From NCBI GenBank assembly GCA_030141605.1, contig JAQGDQ010000877.1, positions 1-64,000 on the forward strand: a stretch of 64,000 nucleotides of DNA. Direction: 5' to 3'. Position 1 is the stretch's first letter. Every line of letters starts with the position of its first letter. The translations under genes were made by a program, and so were the position numbers. Source of the stretch: Tubiluchus corallicola (taxonomy: Eukaryota; Animalia; Priapulida). The notes below the pieces were generated by a model. It worked only from the letters and a program-made list of their open reading frames with translations, searched no databases and was not told where the DNA came from. Positions 11,801 through 23,946 of this stretch are shown here, one piece after another.

Positions 11801-14800
11801 ACTAGAAAGAAATGAAATACAGAAAATTGAGAAAATGAAGAAAGTTGATAACGATGAATAAATGAGATAATGACAGTGAAAAAAAGTTACACAATAATAA
11901 TGTGTTAATGGAACATTATTACATACAACAAAAATTGACTTAATTAAATCCAGTTAAATATTTACACTGTTTTTTATTTCTTCGAATGTCTGTAAAAGAT
12001 TCTCAGGCAATAATTTATTTATTATTACGTGATTAGTTAGCATATTCAACTTTATCATATCATTTCCTGGGAAAAAATTAACGCTATTAGTGAGCTTAGT
12101 GGCTACAGTTAACCTCGGATATGAGGTGCTCGCTTGTAAGGGACCACCAACACCGGTCCCGAGTTTTCGTAACCTTTTTCCTATGTAAAAATCTCTGTAT
12201 ATAAGGGACGATATCTTCAGGTCCCGCATAATAGAAACCCAGGTAAATTACCTCGCATATAAGGGACCCTATGATCAGATATTTTTACATTCTAAAAAGC
12301 CTATGCCGAGACTACGGTCGGGTCTTGTGGCTTTAATGATGTGAGTAACTAGTTGGTGGCAAGGGTAATGTCAGTGGATGGTCGTGATGGATGAAAGAAA
12401 TAGGTCAGAGCACAAGGTGTTGTTTACTACCGTCGCCGCAAGTGCCGATGCCGGGTTTATTGCATTGTTGTAATAGTAGTTACTGTTAATGATTCTCAAC
12501 TCCCTCTGATTTTATTAACTAGTTCCAGCTTGTTCGATTATGACAAAAAATAAATTAAATACAAGAAAAATCTTTAGTGTCTCCGAAATCAGTACATCCG
12601 TAATATTATATTCTACAGCCAACTATATATATATATATACTACCAGATGAGGTATATAGTGCTGGGGTCTATATACACATTCAGTCTGACTCAGCTTCGG
12701 CTATAAGGTACATGAGATATAAGGGACGATTTTTTTCTGCTCTGGAGGTGTCCCTTATATCTGAGTTTGACTGTATTTAGGGCTAACAATCTTTTAGTAA
12801 TTGACATCTACTAATTGAGCGATGATTTTTCTCATAGTAACTATTGCATCAACATTTATTTAAAAATTGGCTGTTTTCATTAAAGCGCTTTGTTTTAACT
12901 CCTGCATCTCGTGCGTATCCATCTTGTGATATGTTTCGGCGCCTGATGCCACCGCTTGCTTCCAAATCACGTTTTTATTAATGCCTTCATGAAATTATAA
13001 GTGTGACAAAGTGAACAAGTCTGAACTTGACAAGTTTTCAACAAATCTATTTAATGAACTGAATAACACAGATTCTTCTCATCTGTAAATTAAGTGAGCT
13101 GTTTTCATTGCGTTTTTGATAGTCGATGTTAAGAGGACGGGGTGGCTGCTACAAGCACACATTTTACGGCATACAGAGTCATCAGTGTATGGAAATTACC
13201 CCTAGTCTAGCCTGTGCAAACAAGTGTGTCTTCTGCTGGAGGTATGTATCTCTGTGTGACTGAATTCTGAGCATCACAATCATGTTTAAGCTTTCTTCAT
13301 TGCAAGTCTTCTGTTATGTGCGCATAGTTCTCTAAGTGCTACAGATGTGAAGACTGTGCGACGAAGTTTTTTGCCAATTTAAATATTGTTACGGTCGCAA
13401 AATGGCCACCATTTATCTGCGACCCACCCCTCTGCATTGTGATGGTCTCGTCCATACGAAGCCATTGCATAGTGGCGTTGAATACCAGGTATAAAACTGT
13501 CGCTATGGAATGGCCTCGACTGTTCAGTTGAGTTTCCACCTCAGCACCTGCTCCATAATTACAACCAACATGGAGCGCAATGGAGTAGATATCTGACGAG
13601 TTACTTGATTCTATGATTTCACTTTTGTTACTACTTCTTTTACGTTTTCTTCACAAGTGCGTATCGGCACCGTCCGCGCTCTATGTTACAATATGTTCCC
13701 AAGACAAGCACTAAAAAATTTCACAGGTTAGTAGAAACAAAATTCAATGACAACAGACACAGCTGGAATTAATATACAAAATAAAAATAAATATTGTATT
13801 CAAGATGCTCAATACGTGCATTAGAGAACTTTCTTAGAGGAAAATTACTGCAGAAAACTTTTGTCGTCGTAGCAGTCTGTTCTAGACTGTTCCAGTTTTC
13901 TCATGTCTGAGGACCAATTCTCGAGAATATTTAATCGTTCCAATATTACGGCAATGGCATTGTATTTCAAAATTGATCACTTGCACTGCTGTATTACCTA
14001 TAGTAAGTTTGTTTTTCATGTTTTAAAATAAGTTCGAAAATTCTCAGTAACGAATGTCATTCATTCTGGCAGGCATCACACGAATCCAGTGGGCACGGAA
14101 TGGCGGTGGAAACTGGATGACCCGGAACTAATATTACAAGGAGCCTTGGATAATCATTATAAAATGATTAATGAATTCAAAGGTATGCGTTTGACGGCGT
14201 AGCTAGATTTGGACATTAAGAGTCAAAATTTGACAAAAAATTTTGCAGGGACCATTCGAAGCCAAAAGCTATAACTGTGATATTTTCATAGTGAGTAGCT
14301 TTGTGTCTGCAAAAGGCTGTAAGTTTCACACTTTTGCAGTCTTTCCTAGCACGTGCGGTAGTTTGCTGAAAGCCTATGCATTACCCAAATTTTATACTTT
14401 GAAGGCCTTGTTAAGCAACCAGAATCAGTCAATTTCTTGAACATTGTAAGGTCAACCAAACCATCAAAAATTTGTAATTTGACAACATGGGTAATCGTGC
14501 ATGTTTAACAAATGCAAAAATCAACTTTTGCCAATACTGGTTTAACCAGAATTCTGTCGATTTTATGACTTTTTGTTTCAACGAAAGGTCACTAGTATGT
14601 TTTATAATATGTGCTCAGTGTTATAGCTGAAGTCCAATCCCAATGGTAAAAGCCACATTTTTGATTTGAAAGTCAGTTTAAATCAGTTTGATTTAGGCAG
14701 TTGGTTTGCCTACGTGTGTCTGTCTGACAGAATGTAGTTGCATACAGCCACTTCAGCTTTGTGTGCTAGCACTTGAACCAGATGTGCAAGTAATCTGTAA

Positions 14801-17800
14801 AACAGTGTAAATTTATGCGTGTTCTCGTAGGCGTGCCGGGAGTTTTGCCTGATCGTTTAACCGAGGGCAGAAACGTGCAGCATTGTGCGCTGTCGCTAGT
14901 AGGAGAACCTATCATGTATCCAAAGATCAAGGAATTCGTCAGACTGCTGCACAACAAGAAGATTTCCACGTTCCTAGTGACAAACGCTCAGTTTCCTGAT
15001 GCTATAAGGTAGTATCCGTAAACAAATTTTGTAATTTCTACCGCTAGATGGCAGTTAGTTGCAAACAATTGCTGTGAACAATGAGTATGTAGTCATTGTT
15101 TGTAGTGGCTGCTCTTTACAATCAGAGTTAAGACAGTTTTGCATTATGTTACTTCAACGAACGAAATGTGCTCTAATTTAGTGTATTTGTGCACAGGCAC
15201 TCTGGGCCGGTGGCAGTTCACGACCACATTTGACAGAAAACTGAGAGAATTTCTTCAATTCTATTCTCTGTCATTGTCTGTGAATCTTATAGCAATGCCT
15301 TCTAGCTGTTATGAACAGAAAGCCTTCACTATTTCATTCATGTTCCAAAGTCGTTTATTTTAAAGAGAATAATAAAGAGAACATTAACAAGTAAGGAAAA
15401 TAACTAGAATGATAGACAGAAGCTTAATAATTAAGAAGAAGTCAACTTATTGGTAAAATTGTCCTTTCCTCCCTACACTGCTCATAGAGGGCAGCACCTT
15501 CCAGTAAATAAGTGTCGTTATGCATATTGCAGTTACACTAGCGTCTGCCTCAGTTTTGACAAAAATGTCATTGGATCAAACCTTAACTGTCGTTTATAAA
15601 TTCTGGTGTCTTGTACCAATCCTAATGAAGAAGACTCTACAAAATACACATTCTAAGTTGATTGTAGCCTGCTGATACCAATAGCATTTTACTGACGTCT
15701 TTGGCATCCGATTTTGCATTGCTTCCGGTATCTTAAACTTTGTAAGTTGAATAATTGTTGTTCAACTCGATTTTATTTAGAGACATTGATCCAGTCACAC
15801 AACTGTATGTCAGCATCGATGCCAGTTCTCCGGAAAGTCTGAAGAAGATTGACAGGCCTCTCTTTAAAGATTTCTGGCAACGATTCATTGACAGTCTTGA
15901 CGCTCTGTCTGAGAAGGTATGTAACGTTTTGTTAGTGTGCGTTATGTATATCGCTTTGCTCGGTAGATCGACCAGTTAAGTTTGTCTAGCCAGCTATGAA
16001 AGCTTCAGATTCGTGTTTATGAGCCTAAATTTGTGCTGCTTTCAATGTATTTTCTTAGAAGTTTCTTAGACATTATTTTTTTCTTATCGGGTCATTATCG
16101 TTGTATGTTTTCTTAAAAATAAGCCCAAATTTTGTATTCCGGGTCTAATAAATTTAATGTTATCAGATTTAAATTTTAAGTATTTGACAGCAGTTAAACA
16201 ATTATTTTTTTAATTTACATTGAATTTGACAATTTGAGTTAACTTTGATACCATTGCAACCTTGACATTTAAAATTACAGAATAGGTTGTAATAACATTT
16301 ATATTTCTAAAAGTTGTTATGCAACTACGCACCGGACCAGAATTTAGTCACCTGAGTTCAATTTCAAAATGTAGAAAATAACAGATTTTTTTCAGTGAGG
16401 CTTTATCTGTGCAGCAGTGATGTTAAAATTGTCATAAAATGATCGCTATTTGTTGCTTTATGGTTTTTCAGTGTCAAAGAACAGTTTACCGACTAACATT
16501 GGTGAAAGGTATGAATGCAGATGATATTGATGGTTATGTTGAACTAATAAACAGAGGAAAGCCGGACTTTATTGAAGTGAAGGTACTTTAAATTGACTTC
16601 GTTTACCAGCTATACCAAGCAGAAGGGCAGATGCAGAGCATGCGGGGGGTCGATGTAGCTAGGGGTTCTGCTGGAATGCATTTTCCTGGATTTTAGTCCT
16701 TTGTCAACCTTCTGTAATTGGTGGATTGATGACTAAATTTGTTGCACATTTCTGATTTAGTGCATCGTTATAATAGCAGTAATGTAACAGATAAGAATAA
16801 ATGATAAAAAAATTCTTGCATGCCAGCGCCCTCTACACTGCCTTATTATTGTCTTCTTCTTGTGTTTGCACTATTAACACCTTGATGCAGTGTCGCTGTC
16901 ATTAGCTTTTGTTGTTTGCCGAAATGACAATAGCTGCTTACAATATTATTCAGGAAATAAAAAATCTGTCTTTACGTGGCAATATGGGACACCTGTTATG
17001 CTTAATTTTTCCATATAGAAAGTGAGGAGTCCAGACCCCCTGAACCCACTCTGGATCCGTTTCGGCTATAAACTAATGTATGTGTGAAAATTCTAATGTG
17101 GCAGTACTGTCATCGTAGTTAGTTGCTGACCAGGCTGTTTTTCACAACAAACGTTTTTCTAAGAAACTCAAGTTCACTGTGCAGTAAAGAAATTTTGACC
17201 GTCTAAATTTTTGTTTTTTCAATTTTGCCGTAATGCTCAATATTGTTAAAAATGGCAAAAAAAATTAGCGGAGAAGTTCGGGACTGTTCGAATGATATAC
17301 TATCAGCCATTTAAGATAATTCTAGTTAAATGATGCCATTTTTGCAGTCTGTGTGTTACGGATTTATTCTTTTTTGTAGTTTGGTCATTGTCAAAACTTC
17401 CGGTTCATCTTTTTAGTTCATGTTCTCTGTTAAATTTAGTCAAAAAGAACTAAATTCGGCCACCAAAACAATTATTTCGGTTCTTTTCATTTTCCTTAAA
17501 ATAGTTTTCGAGCCTTCCCTGGAAAAGATTTTTAGATTTTTTAGATTTTGTACTTTCACATTGATATCAGTTTTCCGTCTGTTGTTTAACCGTAAGTTTT
17601 TCTCAGCTGTTATTTCTTCTAGGGCGTAACTTACTGTGGCAATTCCAAGACAAGCGCACTCACTATGCAAAACGTACCCTGGCATGAAGAAGTTTTGAAC
17701 TTTTGCCACGAATTGGCTAGTCAGTGTGAAAACTACGAGGTCGCTGCTGAACACGAACATTCCAACTGCGTGCTGGTGGCCAATAAAAAGGTTTGCGCTC

Positions 17801-19836
17801 TTGCCTTCCTTTACAGACAGATTCAGCAAGATTTTGCCTAAGAGATACATTTGTAATTTGCTTTCTGTTACTGAAAAAATTTGCAAAACTTTGGAACTAA
17901 TCACTTTTTTTTCTCCATTAGTAGTTTCAAAGTGATACAGCATGCCATATTTTGGGCGCTATTACACTTTCGCACCGCCTAGTTTTTCCTGGCCTATTGG
18001 TTGTTTTCACGCCTGCAGGCCAGAAAGCAGACCAACAGGCGTAATATATACCATATTCCCATAATATTATTGGTTTTTAGGCTTTATAATTCCAGATAAA
18101 ATCATACATTACTTACCGACGCCATTACGCAAAAAGCTCCACGTGAATAATCGTGTTTACACCACTAATGCGCAATCGCTCTCGCGCAGTGACTATGTGG
18201 CCCTTAACATGTATTTTTAGTTTCTTCGCATAATTTATGATTGTTAGGGTTGCAGCCACGGGACTCAAGCTGGCATATACGAGGAAATTATTTTAGACCA
18301 CAACAGTTATTTATCATTAATTTTATTTATTACTGTAGTATTATTACTGTTAGATTATAAAAAAAGTAAAGGTTTTTTCTTTATTTCGTAAATGCGATGA
18401 GAGTGTGTCACGTGCTTTTAAGCTAGGCCCTGATAATGCATAAACTAGTACGAAATTCGTCACGTGACTACACACGCAAACAAGATGGCGATACGAACTG
18501 TATAGGTGTAGAACTGTGAATACAGCATAATTATTGGTAATTATACCTAAATATATGATTAAATTACAATTAGATTAGCGGAAACATTCACTGATGATGT
18601 AAGAATAATAGAATAATGACGTACGAGCCTAGAAACGAGTAATAACCTACAAAAAACTAGGCGGTGCGAAAGTGTAATAGCGCCCATATTTTGTTTTCTT
18701 GCGTGATTAATGGCGTATTCTTCATTTCTATAGCTCACTTCAAAGTTGAGAATAAGTCATCACATTTAGTATAAATGCCTGCATAAACATGAAAACCAAC
18801 AAGTTTAGCGGAAAAGTAATAATGTAATCGAATTCCAGCATTTCTATGCGCCGCAGTTACGTTAATTAATGAATAAAACGTTTTGAAATCTCAGTAATTG
18901 AACATTTCCGGTACTGTATCTGCACACGCAAAGTTTCGGCTGCGTGTGGTGAGTGACGTCATGGCAGGATGAGAGTGATTGCACCAAAAATTTTATGGTA
19001 TATCCGTGCCTGTGTTTACTATGGTGAAGATCTGACCGACCAGCTGCCGCGTGTTGAATTGTTGGAAGTACAGTAGTTTGTTTTTGTATTGTATTTCTTT
19101 TTTGTACATTGCGCTTGTGCAAACTGTCCAGAATTTGTGTAGCAGGGAAACATAGCAAAACGACCAATGATGGTGTCAGTATTTTCAACTTTCCTGCCAT
19201 CACGTCATCAGTGAATGGCTGCAGAATCGCTGAATTGCTTGTATAAAGTAATTGGCATAGGCAAAATCGACCAGTTATTTACTTAATTACATAATTATTC
19301 TACAAAAATGATTGAAATATCATTTCAACACGTGTTCCTTAAACTTTTGCTAAAAATTGTTGGTGAGGCCGGACTTTAACTTTAAGTAAAATATTACTAT
19401 AACCAACCCTGGCTAGCTATGAGAATCAAATTTATACTGACCTTGTATTCTAACGTTGTGGCTGAGCTTTTTTATGTTAATCTATTCACCCACAGAGGTA
19501 TGCTTTGTATTAATTAACCATGTTGACATTATGTGCTCCATGAACAGGTTTCATTCCATTTGTAGTATTTGAATCCAACTGTACAGTTTTGTATGAAAAC
19601 CTTTATTCAGATTTTTTTGTTTCTAGTTCAAGGTTGACGGTGCCTGGTGGACCTGGATTGATTACGAAAAATTCCATTGTCTAATGGAGAAATTTACTGA
19701 AAGCCACGGATCTCACAGATTCTCGTCTCTCGACTACATGGGTAGAACTCCATCGTGGGCAGAATACGGAGCGACAGAACGTGGATTCGATCCACAAGAA
19801 AAGCGCTGGCATCGTAAAAACAAAACAGTGAAGTGA
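2236..19836 (+). CDS. TYW1: S-adenosyl-L-methionine-dependent tRNA 4-demethylwyosine synthase (flavodoxin + radical SAM domains), 14 exons identified; start exon uncertain
   Basis: Exons 2236-2331, 3235-3336, 3713-3907, 6844-6943, 7588-7772, 9184-9282, 10672-10797, 13123-13241, 14073-14182, 14831-15008, 15781-15916, 16472-16582, 17623-17790, 19627-19836 (TGA). All GT-AG and phase-consistent. Motifs IKIFYSTQSGTAK, VFGLGDSAY, GYKLIGSHSGVKLCRWTKSMLRGRGGCYKHTFYGI, radical SAM CANKCVFC, HCALSLVGEPIMYP, FIEVKGVTYCG, WWTWIDY, ERGFDP. Confidence 0.97.
2785..3113 (+). mobile_element. Short or truncated copy of a non-autonomous Helitron-like element
   Basis: Starts a|TCTATACTC with an (AT)n tract and is nearly identical to 8327-8626. 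Confidence 0.7.
3956..5393. repeat. 47-bp minisatellite, about 31 near-identical tandem units, in a TYW1 intron
   Basis: Unit gagttccaccgtgcatctaggtgtttgtttgacagttcattgtgagt repeated head to tail with no spacers; a few units lack one gagt. Confidence 0.98.
5745..6247. mobile_element. Tc1/mariner-pogo type MITE (CCGTA termini, TA target duplication)
   Basis: ta|ccgtatttatccgagtata ... tatactagaataaatatgg|ta; internal repeated tataacgcgcaccc motif. Confidence 0.8.
6286..6657 (+). mobile_element. tRNA-derived SINE with (GTT)n/(ATT)n tail
   Basis: A-box-like tagccttgtgg and B-box-like gttcaatac, central ggtcataccacagactttcaaaatcgtacc (resembles, from memory, a conserved invertebrate SINE core), simple-repeat tail 6541-6657. 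Confidence 0.6.
8327..9091 (+). mobile_element. Full-length non-autonomous Helitron-like element
   Basis: 5' TC and 3' CTAG inserted between A and T with no target duplication; subterminal hairpin cgcaaaa-tt-ttttgcg about 10 bp before CTAG; related copies at 2785 and 63867. Confidence 0.85.
9631..10358. mobile_element. Tc1/mariner (Tigger-like) MITE, family A
   Basis: ta|cagtaagtcct...aggacttactg|ta; diverged second copy at 30220-30870. Confidence 0.85.
12106..12773. mobile_element. Tc1/mariner (Tigger-like) MITE, family B
   Basis: ta|cagttaacctcggatat...atatctgagtttgactg|ta; internal taagggac repeats; inverted relative at 54295-54764. Confidence 0.85.
17955..18684. mobile_element. Mutator-like (MULE) non-autonomous element
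   Basis: Perfect 33-bp terminal inverted repeat ggcgctattacactttcgcaccgcctagttttt and perfect 9-bp target duplication catattttg. Confidence 0.9.
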
Positions 19837-20117
19837 TTTCACAAACTTTGTTCATGCTACCTCAAGTACGCAGAGGCTTTTGGCTCTCCTGCGCTGTGCC
19901 TTAACGATCGCGGGTAATGCTAGCGTCACCTTGTGATCGTTTTTGCAATTACAGGTTCCTGTTGGATTGCAGCATGCAGTTTGAAACTTTGATATTGGTT
20001 ACCAGATGAATTTTGTTAATACGACAAGCGTTTTACTTTTAAAAGTTTTTGATTAATTTGCTACCATTATAAACGTTTACTGCAAGTTATAGGAAATGTA
20101 TAAAAGGAAATATGGAA

Positions 20118-20345
20118 AAGTCTGTGTTTGATAAAGCTTCTGCTGCAATTGAATGCAGATTAATTAGTGGCAAGAAGGTTTCATACATTCAAGATAGAAT
20201 AAATTGTTACTCAAGATAGAATAAATTGTTATTTACTTTTAAGACTTCTGAAGTCTGTGTTTGATAAAGCTTTTGCTGCAATTGAATACAGATGAATTGG
20301 TGACAACAAAGTTTCATACGTTCAAGATAGAATAAATTGTTACTT
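20118..20345. repeat. Local imperfect tandem duplication of about 95 bp downstream of the TYW1 stop
   Basis: aagtctgtgtttgataaagctt...caagatagaataaattgttact occurs at ~20118 and ~20250; the copies contain AATAAA. Confidence 0.8.
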
Positions 20346-23300
20346 ACTTCTATTTTGTAAGTTTATTTCGGAAAAATAACTGTTAAAACATAATGAAAAC
20401 AGTAAGAGAGTAAGTGTTAATTACGTTTCTGCTTAGTCTTGCACAATGCCTGTATGCATTGTTTATCCATAATTTACTTCTACTTCAGAATAAGCCTTTC
20501 ACAGATGACCTTGAAAATGTCAAAGTTCAAGTGTACAAGACAACACATTTGTGTACACTTGGCATAGCCTCGCTGCTCAAGCTATTGTAGTAATAACAGT
20601 TTTAAAGTTAGCTAGAACTTTCCCTAGTTCATCTTGCTCTCAAGCAAGATCCTGCTAGCAAAGCACTGTACACACAGACTAATGCGTAATTAAGTAAAAT
20701 TCACATAAAACAACTGAAGTTACTGCACTCCTGAACTGGTGTGGCAAACGGCTTTGCTTTACATGCATGACCTTTGACCAACAGCAGCTGCACGTGTACA
20801 CAACAAAACTTTGAAAAAGCTTATTATTCTTATAATGATCTTGTGATTAAAATGAATTTTAAAGTTTGTACAGAAAATGTTCCTTAATTTTTTGTATTAA
20901 GACGTATTAAAAATGTCTTAAAATGCCCCATAAATCATATTTTAAGCGATATTAAAATGAGATATTAAAAATACAGCCTGAATTAAGGGAATTGAATTTA
21001 TTGAATATTTATTTGTAGTCATATTTATATCACTAGAGACGACAGAACCTGGTGTTTTATTCTCTTTTGGTGGCATAAGTTTGCGATGACCTTCATCTTC
21101 ATAAAACTGTAAATTTGCTGTGCAGCATCATTGTTGAATGTTATCCACATGACTTCCAGGTGACATGTCAGTTGACGTGCAACACCTCCATAGTAAAAAA
21201 AAGTGATGCAGACTAATTTCTGGTGTGCAAATCCAAAACAAATTTCAATACGTTCTACAATGTAGTTTTTGCAGAAATGTGCCTCCAGGAAAGACGTGAA
21301 GTGCAGTGCTCGTTGTTGTACATAGCTTCTTGGTAAAGCATTCCACTCTTTAGTAGTGTGTGTTAAAAAAAGAGCAGGCCATCATAGCTGATGGATCATA
21401 ACTATCATGCATAGATGTTCTCCCATCACAAATCCTACCTCTGCTCCCTGAACATTCCTGGATTCGCTTCTCTGGATTTTATCTTGAATTGCTGGATATG
21501 ATTCTTTTGTACAAATACCAACTAATAATGTCTTCTAAAAGAATGAAACTAAAAGGTTTCAAGATTTTGTGTTAAGTAATTCTCTGTGTAGAATGAAATG
21601 AAATCATGTGCACTTTTAGTTGAAATGAAGTCAAATTAAATTATTTTTAAAATATTTGAAATCTATTCCACAGCATTTAGTTTTTAGGATAATTTGTGTT
21701 TAGTATTTTTTGTGCTATACACCACTATTTATTTAACGCTGCCCTAACTTGTGGACTTGAACAGCCCGGGGATTGTGCAAAAGTAGGCTAACAGCAACAA
21801 AATTTGTATAATCCAATTATTATAAATGTGAACTAAACGCTGATGTAACTCTAATGCGAGAAAGCTTTTTTCGAAATTCACCAACAGAGGCCGCCACTAC
21901 TCTAGAACTGGCGGGCATGCACATTTTGGATGTCTGGCGTAGCAGCTCTTCCAGTTTTCATCAAATTTTCGTATAAAAATTCACCTTTGTGAAGTCGAAT
22001 TGAATGTCAGTCAGTTACATTGCGAAGGGTAATTGGCTTTCGTATTGCAATTGTGCTACTTTGGTGCACATGTAGTTCACGTAATGGTTGTTAAGCTGGC
22101 ACAAGCTCAGCAAACTGCCGTTATTATTATAACTTCTTAGATAAGGTCAGTTGCACTAACTCAATTATGGTTTTTTTCAGGAACTGTAGTCGATGTATGT
22201 ATTGGGACACGTTAGTGCATTGCAACTCAGTAGTATTCCATTGCAAACCTGTATGAGTAAATAAGTAAGTAAGTAAATAATTGTCTCTGAATCATTGAAT
22301 GTTACAAAATAAACAAAAACAAAAAACTAAAATAAAGATGGAAAAGAGACAAGGTGGCGAAACGACCAAGGCCAAGGGTCACCAAGTCAATCGCCCTATT
22401 AAATTGATGAAAATTAAGTGACCTTTCAAGTAAGATATGTACAAATGAAAATAATCAGCAACTCAATAAAAAAATGAGGCAACAAATTTAAATGAGTTTA
22501 AATTTAGGAACAGTTAATAAATTGCGCAATAAGAAAGGGCAAAATTTAAATTAGCAAGCAAAACAGAAAATTTAAACTCAACAAAAACAAAACTAAAAAT
22601 TGCATATAAATCAAGAAACCGAATCCAACAGAAGAAGCAAAAAATGAAGCAATGTCAAGGGATGAGTAAATCATCACCAGGTCAAGTACCTCTATCCAAA
22701 TTTAAAGGAAATTATATAACGTGACAAGTACAGACAAGGAAAATTATAATAATCAACATTTTAAAAAGAAAAATAAAAAAGAATAGCAAGTGAGATATTA
22801 CAAATGAGAGTATAATTAAGTGGCAACATAAATCAATGAATATGGCAAAAGGTGTGAAACAATATTTAAATTAACAAAATGGCAAAAACAAAATGAGAGA
22901 GACACATTAAAATGTGTTATTATAATCATTTTGAATCTACATTTTTTTATTCAAAATTGAAGTTGGACTTTTTACTGTCAGTTTAATCACATAGATTCAC
23001 AAGTTTATTTTTTTCAAAGCAATAAGCCATATGATGCAAAGTACGCAATTATTATAATAATAAAAAATTATTTACGGAATTCATTGTTACACATGGTTGC
23101 ATATTGGTGCTGCAATAATGACTACAATTCGTACATCTGTTTCTGTTCTTTCTTTTCTTATTTTACTTATTCCTTTCTCTGCACATACCCTTGTATATAG
23201 ATTTCCTTATTTGCTTCTATTTCATATTCAGTGGTTCACGAGCTTAAACTCCTGCAGCAGTGTTGTCTCAAGTGTGATTCTATTGGTATAAATCTTTATA

Positions 23301-23946
23301 CCAATTAGTGTTAAAATTTATCTGCTAAAACAGTTTGAATTAATGTGCGCGACATGCGCTAAATACAAGTCCAACAGTCTTTTAGATGTAATTTATGATC
23401 TGTTATTGTCCAAAATGGGCAATCATCATCATATTCCAAAATCACTATCACAACATGACATCTTGACTGACTGACATATTATGTGCGAATTGAATTCATT
23501 TTATCTGAAGCAGATAAAAACAGTTTCTGCCAATCCAGTGTCAAAAAAATAATTAATTGCTATAAAAATATGTGAAGAAATCAAACTTACATCTTTGCCG
23601 CATCTTACTAACTTGCTAAAGATAACTCGCAGTTTTGTTGTAAAACGACATTACCTACTGAACAAGAATGACATGTTTCCCATCCAGTCTCCAGAATGAG
23701 GCCAATGGCCTCTTTCCTGTCCTAGCTCAACTAAACAACTAAAATTATGTAATGATGAACATGTATGTGTGTAAAATGTGTGCTGCTTTGTTATCGAACT
23801 GAAGTGAAATAAATCAATTGAATTTAAATTGAATATTTACTAAAACCATCTCTTTGTTCATCATAATCTTACTGAAGTGAAATGAAATGTTTGTTTTGGT
23901 ATAGCTCCATCCTCCATGTCACATAGCACCAGCATGATCTGCAACA

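Noticed and set aside
17440-17943. 167-aa minus-strand ORF
   Set aside because: Antisense to a TYW1 exon and flanking intron; no family signature.
21020-22260. Coding-like or repeat-like intergenic sequence between TYW1 and NFATC2IP
   Set aside because: No open frame, motif or termini I could identify; probably old transposon debris.
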